From positions 1 through 12,905 of the forward strand of contig CAMAVZ010000046.1 in assembly GCA_945861645.1 (NCBI GenBank): a stretch of DNA of 12,905 nt. The letters run 5' to 3'. The position numbers and the translations under genes were made by a program. The notes under the pieces are model-generated. The model did no database searches. It was not told the DNA's origin and saw only the letters and a program-made list of their open reading frames with translations. Shown one piece after another: positions 6,947 to 12,905 of the stretch. How positions within the stretch are numbered: the first letter of the stretch is position 1; every line of letters starts with the position of its first letter. The DNA is from Opitutus sp. GAS368. GTDB lineage: Bacteria > Verrucomicrobiota > Verrucomicrobiia > Opitutales > Opitutaceae.

Positions 6947-8323
6947 TTAGGATTGAGTGATTCGGCTGTGCGGATCTTGCCGGCATTCAGTTTGGTAAAT
7001 TTTAAACTCCGCCGGGCGATAGGACCGGCCGCCCAGGTGGATGAGTACGTCGCCGCTGGTTTGCTTATAAGTGTTATGATCGAGGATGAATTTTTCTTCG
7101 TCAGCGGGGGAGATGATTGAATAGACGGCGGCACCATCGGGCGCCTCGCTGAAGGTATTGTGTCGAATATAAACCTTCCCCGGTTGGGTGTGAGGATTAA
7201 TTTTCCAGATGAACACATGATGGCCGACCGGCTGGGGATAAATCTCGGACTGCCGCGGCGGCAATTCCCCCTGCAGGCTGAAGCCTCCGCCGGCATCAAC
7301 ACTAACATTATACTCAAAGTAGATTTCCTGAGATGGCTCGCGGCATTCGTAAGCCGCAAATCCGCAACGACTGAAATGATTATATCTGAAATAAAGTCGC
7401 TCGGGGATGCGGCGGGTTTCCCCGCCTTGGTGGGTTACCCCGGCGTCGTAAATATTGTCAAAAGTGCAGTGCTCCACCGTGATGTCACGGGCCCCGTCCC
7501 ATAGTTCGATGGCGTTGCCAAAACGAATTCGTCGGTCGTTGTCCCAGACGGCTCCGCCGATGAAACGAAAATCACACGCCCGAATCACCACATCATGGGC
7601 CTGCCCCTGTTGATAGCCATGCACTCCGGCATTTCGAAAGCTGAGGTTCTCTAAAACGATATAGCCTTTTCCTTTAACCAGCCTTCGCTCGCCCCAGAGC
7701 ACACACTCGATACTCTGGTAGAAAATTCCTGGATTGGTGGATGCACAAAGTAAAAGTACGCTCTGCGGCGGAGCTTGACCCCCGCCCGCATCGCCCGAGG
7801 CGTTGCCCGTATAGTGCCACTCCCCGGGTTCCCGCAGCGCGGTGGCGGCCCAACGAAGGTTTCCGCAGCGCTCGCCTCCGTTGAATATCAGATTGCATAC
7901 TTTCGTCGCGAACTCGCCTTGATATTGCCAAATGCGTGGTCGCACTTCGATCCACTGGCTGGGATTCCCAATCGAGACCGATCCCATAAAAACAGGTTTT
8001 TCTCCTTCGCCATAGGCGCCGTAGGTAATCGGTGCGCCTTTCTCTCCGTCACGCGTATGCAAGTTTTCTCGAATGATACTGCCGCGCTTGAACAGGACTT
8101 GGTCGCCTCCAATAAATTCTCGGGCGTGATAAGTTTTCCATGGCTCTAAGTGGGTTGCACCGCTGTTGGCATCACTGCCAAGTAAGGGATCGATAAAATA
8201 GGTCTTCCCCCTCTGGGCCCCATGGGGTTGGGCGTAAAGCGGGGTCGTGCTCCGTCGGACAAAAAAGGCCCCTCCGGCTAGTAACCCTAATCGTTTTAAA
8301 AAAGATCTTCTTTTCGGATTCAT
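6947..8323 (-). CDS. Tat-exported right-handed parallel beta-helix (pectin lyase-like fold) protein
   Basis: ATG at 8323 gives MNPKRRSFLKRLGLLAGGAFF, a twin-arginine RRxFLK signal. It is followed by TYFIDPLLGSDANSG...PWKT, GDQVLFKRG, PITYGAYGEGEKP and repeated beta-strand units (IVLENLSFRN, ITVEHCTFDN, YIRHNTF). 458 aa; substrate unknown. Confidence 0.82.
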   Translation of the reverse strand: MNPKRRSFLKRLGLLAGGAFFVRRSTTPLYAQPHGAQRGKTYFIDPLLGSDANSGATHLEPWKTYHAREFIGGDQVLFKRGSIIRENLHTRDGEKGAPITYGAYGEGEKPVFMGSVSIGNPSQWIEVRPRIWQYQGEFATKVCNLIFNGGERCGNLRWAATALREPGEWHYTGNASGDAGGGQAPPQSVLLLCASTNPGIFYQSIECVLWGERRLVKGKGYIVLENLSFRNAGVHGYQQGQAHDVVIRACDFRFIGGAVWDNDRRIRFGNAIELWDGARDITVEHCTFDNIYDAGVTHQGGETRRIPERLYFRYNHFSRCGFAAYECREPSQEIYFEYNVSVDAGGGFSLQGELPPRQSEIYPQPVGHHVFIWKINPHTQPGKVYIRHNTFSEAPDGAAVYSIISPADEEKFILDHNTYKQTSGDVLIHLGGRSYRPAEFKIYQTECRQDPHSRITQS

Positions 8324-8474
8324 CTTAGTTGAGCGTTTTAATCGTGCGGCCGTTTTCTGGATGAGCAAATCTTTCCCGCTCGTCAGTGAACGGCGGCAAA
8401 GATTTCGACGCTGAAATTGATGGGCCAGTTTTTTTACGGGAAGGGAAAAGTGGGTGGGGGTAGTTGTGGTCGGC

Positions 8475-8834
8475 TCAGTGCGGCCAGTTTGCGCCCAGGT
8501 GGGGACGGCCGGACAGATCGCGCAGGTAAATGTACGTTTGGACTGTCTGCTGGGCGCAGGGCGGAGCGAGGCTGATGGGTTGGCGGGCGTAGAGTTGTTC
8601 GGCGACCCCTTCAAGGTCATCGAGTTTTTTTAGGGTCGGCTCATCCACTGACCAGATTTCTCCGTTCACCGCATGCTGCTGATCAGTTGAGGCGACCATC
8701 CCGGGATATGCGCCCAGTGAATAAAGCGTGAAGCCTGGCCGCGTGCGGGCGGGACCGAGAAATTGCTGCTGAGCGAGATAATGGTGATTCTGGCCACCGC
8801 GCATCAGCGTGCCGTAGACAAAAATAAGCGTCAT
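8475..8834 (-). CDS. Gamma-glutamylcyclotransferase (GGCT/AIG2-like, YtfP family)
   Basis: MTLIFVYGTLMRG signature, LGAYPGMV, VNGEIWSVD and LDDLEG with the putative catalytic Glu. ATG at 8834 overlaps the upstream TGA (ATGA). Confidence 0.9.
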   Translation of the reverse strand: MTLIFVYGTLMRGGQNHHYLAQQQFLGPARTRPGFTLYSLGAYPGMVASTDQQHAVNGEIWSVDEPTLKKLDDLEGVAEQLYARQPISLAPPCAQQTVQTYIYLRDLSGRPHLGANWPH

Positions 8835-10060
8835 GAACTGGGCGATTCCGACGCAGGGACCGCGAGCGCGGCGCAAACTAACGCGGTGATGTTATCACGG
8901 CCGGCGCGTTCGAGGGCGGCGTCGATCAGTCGCTGTGCGATCGGGGTGGTGGCGGACTCGCGGATCATTTCTTCGAGTTGGCGATCCCAAAGACCTTCGA
9001 TCAGACCATCGGAGCACAGTAAAAAGCGATCGCCGGGCGTGCAGGGTAGGGCGCCAAATTGCGGTTCGATGAATTGATGTTCTGCGCCGAGGGATTGGTG
9101 CAGGGCGTGGCGCATAGGATGCGCCCGAGCTTCACGTTCGGTGAGTTTCCCCTGACGGCGCAGCCAGCCCACGTGGCCATGGTCGTGCGTTAGCTGGATG
9201 AGTCCGCCGGTTGCCGGCAGATGGTAGATGCGACTGTCGCCAATATGACCAAAGTAAGCCCAGCCGGGGGTGAGCCAACACAGGCTGAGCGTGGTCCCCA
9301 TGCCGCGGCATTCTTCGTAGGATTCACCGAGCTTAATTAATTCCTGATGAATCTCGCGAAAGGCCTCGAGGAGGATTTCCGCATAGCCGCTATTTGGGCC
9401 AGGCGCGGCGCCCCGAAATCTTTTGGGCATCAGGCTCGTGATTTTATCGATGGTGATGCGGCTGGCAAATTCCCCGGAATTGGCGCCGCCCATGCCATCG
9501 CTCACGGCAAAGACAAAGTCGGCCTTCGTCCAGGAGGCCCCGCCGTTCTTGCCGAGGTAGCGAACTTCGTGGCCATCAAATTCCAACGCGAGGAAGCGGT
9601 CTTCGTTGATCGGGCGAACATGACCGCGGTGCGTCAGACCTGACCAGCGGAGGTGCGGTGACTGGGAGCTGGCGTCCGCGGTGCTTTCGCCCAACACGGT
9701 CGCGAATTCAAAATCGATCAGGCAAAAGCGACCGTCGCTCCGGCGGTAGGTGATATTGCGCAACTCGGGGTCATCGTGGCGAACGCCAAAGGCCGCGAGT
9801 TCAGCAAAGAGTTGCTGCATTCTTTCCGGGTTCAGCTGGTCGACCCGCGAGCCGCAATTGGTGGTGGTTATTTTTAGGTGGGTTTCATCAACTTCCAGCA
9901 ACTGCGGCACGAAATCGCAGCCTCGAGCTTCGAGGTAGCGAAGAACTTTAACCTCGTTCTCAAAACGCACAAAAGCTTCCGGTCCGCGGAAGGTTTTGTG
10001 GACGCTGCCATCAAAACCGATGCGGACGAGGGCGCGTTGGGTATCTTTAACCTCATGCAT
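8831..10060 (-). CDS. Fusion of a minimal protein-kinase-like domain (about aa 1-124) and a PP2C/PPM Ser/Thr phosphatase
   Basis: N-terminal part has VHKTF (Lys), FENEV (alphaC Glu), RHDDPELRNI (HxDxxxxN) and LIDFE. C-terminal part has RPINED, AVSDGMGG, GMGTT, HIGDSRIY, LTHDH, LLCSDGL and GRDNIT. Confidence 0.88.
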   Translation of the reverse strand: MHEVKDTQRALVRIGFDGSVHKTFRGPEAFVRFENEVKVLRYLEARGCDFVPQLLEVDETHLKITTTNCGSRVDQLNPERMQQLFAELAAFGVRHDDPELRNITYRRSDGRFCLIDFEFATVLGESTADASSQSPHLRWSGLTHRGHVRPINEDRFLALEFDGHEVRYLGKNGGASWTKADFVFAVSDGMGGANSGEFASRITIDKITSLMPKRFRGAAPGPNSGYAEILLEAFREIHQELIKLGESYEECRGMGTTLSLCWLTPGWAYFGHIGDSRIYHLPATGGLIQLTHDHGHVGWLRRQGKLTEREARAHPMRHALHQSLGAEHQFIEPQFGALPCTPGDRFLLCSDGLIEGLWDRQLEEMIRESATTPIAQRLIDAALERAGRDNITALVCAALAVPASESPSS

Positions 10061-10186
10061 GGGGCTGGGGGAGAGACGATTTGCGGGCGAGGGGGCGGTG
10101 GCAAGAGTGCGCTTTGGTCTGGGTAGGCTAAATTTAGCCCAAAATTGATAAAAGCTGAGTCATGTTATCAAAAATCTCTTTGCCTC

Positions 10187-10202
10187 TGGCACGTGAGATG
10201 CT
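10187..10202 (+). promoter_or_regulatory. Sigma-54 (-24/-12) promoter of the glutamine synthetase gene
   Basis: TGGCACG-TGAG-ATGCT against consensus TGGCACG-N4-TTGCW. GG (10188-10189) and GC (10200-10201) are 10 nt apart, about 80 nt upstream of the ATG. Confidence 0.85.
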
Positions 10203-10284
10203 GAATTAGGGCTTAAGTTTACCCCGGCCCTGCTGCCGTTTCGGCGCCAGTGGTCAGGTGGTTTCCCCCTTAACCTTAAATCAT

Positions 10285-11316
10285 ATGGCTAAATACAAAT
10301 TGGAATACATCTGGCTCGATGGCTACACGCCGTTAGCTAACCTGCGCAGCAAGACGCAAATCAAAGAATTTGCCAGCTTCCCGACTCTCGCCGATTTGCC
10401 CCCTTGGGGCTTCGATGGTAGCTCGACTCAGCAGGCCGAGGGGAAGAGTTCAGATATCACCCTGAAACCCGTCGCAGTTTTCCCTGATAGCACCCGGATC
10501 AATGGGGTGCTCGTGATGTGCGAAACTTTCCTGCATACGGGCGTGGCGCATCCTTCGAATTCGCGGGCCACGATTCCGGATGATGCCGGGACTTGGTTTG
10601 GCTTTGAGCAGGAATATTTCTTCTACCAAGACGGTCGCCCCTTGGGCTTTCCGGTGGACGGCTATCCCGCTCCGCAGGGTCCGTATTATACCGGCGTGGG
10701 TTACAAAAATGTCGGTGATGTGGCGCGCGAAATCGTCGAGAAGCACATCGATATCTGTCTCGATGCCGGCATTAATCTTGAAGGCATCAACGCCGAAGTA
10801 GCGAAGGGGCAGTGGGAATTCCAAATATTTGGTCAAGGCTCCAAGAGCGCCGCCGATCAAATGTGGGTGGCCCGTTATATTCTTGCGCGCTTAGCGGAAA
10901 CTTACGGCATCGATATTGAATGGCGTTGTAAGCCCATTCTGGCGCCCTTCCAGCAACCGCTGGACTGGAACGGTTCCGGCATGCACGCCAATTTCTCCAC
11001 GGCGCACATGCGCGATGTCGGCGGCAAGGCTTACTTTGAGAAATTGATGGCGGCCTTTAATCAATTCCGCGACGAGCACATCGCGGTCTACGGGCCGGAG
11101 AATCATCTGCGGTTGACGGGCCTGCATGAGACGCAATCCATCGATAAATTCTCCTACGGGCTGGCCGATCGCGGCGCTTCGGTCCGCATCCCGCACAGCT
11201 TCGTTAATAATGGCTACAAGGGTTACCTCGAGGATCGTCGGCCAAATTCTGCTGCTGATCCTTATTTGGTCGCCGGCCGGATTCTTAAAACGATCCAAAC
11301 GGTACCGACGAAGTAA
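10285..11316 (+). CDS. glnII: Glutamine synthetase type II (GSII)
   Basis: 343 aa from ATG 10285 with LEYIWLDG, WGFDGSST, FGFEQEY, QGPYY, GINAEVAKGQWEFQI, DWNGSGMHANFS, RLTGLHET, RGASVRIP and GYLEDRRP. Length and motifs fit GSII rather than the roughly 470-aa GSI. Confidence 0.93.
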   Translation: MAKYKLEYIWLDGYTPLANLRSKTQIKEFASFPTLADLPPWGFDGSSTQQAEGKSSDITLKPVAVFPDSTRINGVLVMCETFLHTGVAHPSNSRATIPDDAGTWFGFEQEYFFYQDGRPLGFPVDGYPAPQGPYYTGVGYKNVGDVAREIVEKHIDICLDAGINLEGINAEVAKGQWEFQIFGQGSKSAADQMWVARYILARLAETYGIDIEWRCKPILAPFQQPLDWNGSGMHANFSTAHMRDVGGKAYFEKLMAAFNQFRDEHIAVYGPENHLRLTGLHETQSIDKFSYGLADRGASVRIPHSFVNNGYKGYLEDRRPNSAADPYLVAGRILKTIQTVPTK

Positions 11317-11327
11317 GTTTCCTATAA

Positions 11328-11344
11328 CCGCTCATTTTGAGCGG
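11328..11344 (+). other. Hairpin just after the glnII stop codon
   Basis: CCGCTCA-TTT-TGAGCGG, a 7-bp perfect stem with only a weak U-tract. Confidence 0.5.
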
Positions 11345-11441
11345 CTTGCTGTTCTTCAGAACCTGCCCAAACGGGCGCTCTTGTTTCGCCGCCGTTTAAT
11401 GATGAGTAGATTTAATTCTGCCGTGATGGAGGCTTGGTCCG

Positions 11442-11472
11442 GCCGCCCGATGATTAGTCGGGCGGCTTTTTT
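11442..11472 (+). terminator. Rho-independent terminator downstream of glnII
   Basis: GCCGCCCGA (11442-11450)/TCGGGCGGC (11458-11466) 9-bp stem followed by T6 (11467-11472). Confidence 0.85.
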
Positions 11473-11513
11473 GTGGCTCAGGGTGGGCAAGCGGTATTGA
11501 GAGTGGGTTGCGC

Positions 11514-12905
11514 ATGACACCGATAACGGCAGATCAAGGGAGGCTTTTAACTCGGGCGCCTCGTGCGCAGCCTCCGCGGGAGCAGTTATTTATTTTTGGG
11601 GAGTGGGTCTTGGTCTTGGGGTTGGCGGCGACGTGGGCAGGAACTACGTTGTGCTTGGGTGGTTATTTAGCGGAGACGATGCAGGTGACGGCTTGGGCCG
11701 TGTTTGGTTTAGCGATGCTCGCTGGCACGCTTTGTCTGATCCGGCAGGATTCTCAGCCGGTGCCCTTAAATTGGGCGGTGTTGTTGCCGGTGCCCTTTCT
11801 TTTATATGCCCTGGCCAGTGTGCTGTGGCTGGCGCCCGCGCAGTGGCTGGCTTGGCGAGAGTGGCTACTTTGGGTGCAGATGTGGATTATCTTTGGGCTC
11901 GGGTTGCATTTCGGCCGCGGGCGTCGGCATACGTGGGTCTTGGTCGGTACTTTTATTCTGCTTGGGGTGATCGGAGTTATCCTCGCGGCTTATCAGCGCT
12001 ACGTCGATCCGCGGTGGCTCATGCTCGGTTGGGTCCATGGTTGGACCCAGGCGCAGTACTTTTTGGGACGATCGGCCGGCATGTTCGGTATTCCCAATAG
12101 TTTGGCAGGTTTATTGGAGCTGATGGCACCGCTCTGTTGGGCGCTGGCACTCATGCGCTCGCATCAGCTGAAGGTTCGTTTATTTTGCGGCGGGTTAGGG
12201 GCCCTGCTGGTTTTTGCGCTGGTGCTCAGTGGCAGTCGCGGGGGGTGGATAAGTTTGGCGCTGACCTTTTTGTTATGGGCGCTCTTGGCTGGTCGCAACT
12301 GGCGCCGGCGTTGGTTGGGGTTCATTTTAATTTTTGTCCTGACAGCCGTGGGGCTGGGGGTGTTGGACCGGTTTAGTGTTCATGCCCACGAGCGCATCCA
12401 GCCATTTCTTGACGGGAGGTTTGAGCTCACTCGCCCGATGATCTGGAAGGTAGCTGGGCAAATCTGGTCAGACCATCCGTGGCTGGGGGGTGGGGCGGCG
12501 GCTTATAATGTATTGTTCGATCAGTATCGGCCTCGTGGTTTTACGGATGAACCTATTTGGGCGCACAACGACTATTTAAATACGCTGAGTGACTATGGGC
12601 TGGTGGGTTTTGCCTGGTGGCTGCTTGCCGCCATTGGGCTGCTGGCGCTCGGTTGGCGGGCGGTGCAAAAGGCGCGGCGTGGAGAGGTTTCGGCGGGAGC
12701 TTTTTTTAGTCACTGGCAGGCGCGGCTGGGGTTATTTTTGGGTCTGGTTGCCTTCGCGCTTCATCTGGCGGTAGATTTTCATACCAAGATACCGGCTCTG
12801 GCTATGGCGTCGGCCTTGGTGCTCGCGTTGCTCTTGCGTGATGAAGCTTGGCTCCTGCGGCCGCTGCGGCCCGGTTTGGCGCGCCGTTTGGGCCTCGCGC
12901 TGGCG
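11514..12905 (+). CDS. O-antigen ligase (Wzy_C/WaaL-like) family membrane protein, 3'-truncated by window edge
   Basis: Translated by hand from ATG 11514 because it is not in the ORF track: multi-TM protein with RSAGMFGIPNSLAG, LSGSRGGW, TRPMIWKVAGQIWSDHPWLGGG and WAHNDYLNTLSDYGLVG. Start codon uncertain. Confidence 0.9.
   Translation, partial: MTPITADQGRLLTRAPRAQPPREQLFIFGEWVLVLGLAATWAGTTLCLGGYLAETMQVTAWAVFGLAMLAGTLCLIRQDSQPVPLNWAVLLPVPFLLYALASVLWLAPAQWLAWREWLLWVQMWIIFGLGLHFGRGRRHTWVLVGTFILLGVIGVILAAYQRYVDPRWLMLGWVHGWTQAQYFLGRSAGMFGIPNSLAGLLELMAPLCWALALMRSHQLKVRLFCGGLGALLVFALVLSGSRGGWISLALTFLLWALLAGRNWRRRWLGFILIFVLTAVGLGVLDRFSVHAHERIQPFLDGRFELTRPMIWKVAGQIWSDHPWLGGGAAAYNVLFDQYRPRGFTDEPIWAHNDYLNTLSDYGLVGFAWWLLAAIGLLALGWRAVQKARRGEVSAGAFFSHWQARLGLFLGLVAFALHLAVDFHTKIPALAMASALVLALLLRDEAWLLRPLRPGLARRLGLALA

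Noticed and set aside
8324-8620. N-terminal 99 codons of the 557-aa ORF 6947..8620
   Set aside because: They overlap the GGCT gene in another frame and precede a clear Tat signal starting at ATG 8323.
11603-12774. ORF-track entries 11603..12100, 12137..12376 and 12589..12774
   Set aside because: They are alternative-frame shadows of the O-antigen ligase-family gene.
1-12905. CRISPR arrays, tandem repeats, IS elements, tRNA or rRNA
   Set aside because: I saw no repeat-spacer periodicity, transposase/integrase ORF or cloverleaf.

Overview
A GC-rich bacterial chromosomal segment, most likely Verrucomicrobiota/Opitutaceae-like (inferred from gene style and order, not from a search). It is mostly housekeeping: partial SUI1/YciH, metF, rlmN, an LptF/LptG-family permease, an ECF sigma/anti-sigma/periplasmic helical-protein cassette, the small SRP RNA (ffs), dnaX, a Tat-exported beta-helix protein, a gamma-glutamylcyclotransferase, a minimal kinase fused to a PP2C phosphatase, a type II glutamine synthetase with a sigma-54 promoter, and a partial O-antigen ligase-family gene absent from the ORF track. 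Two things stand out. First, dnaX stops as a 380-aa gamma-sized protein just after an A9 run, while the -1 frame stays open to 6907 and encodes a tau-like C-terminus, which suggests that full-length tau needs frameshifting or transcriptional slippage. Second, a kinase-PP2C fusion translationally coupled to a GGCT gene lies head-to-head with the sigma-54-driven GSII gene, a candidate nitrogen/gamma-glutamyl regulatory module. I saw no mobile elements, CRISPR arrays, tRNAs or rRNAs.
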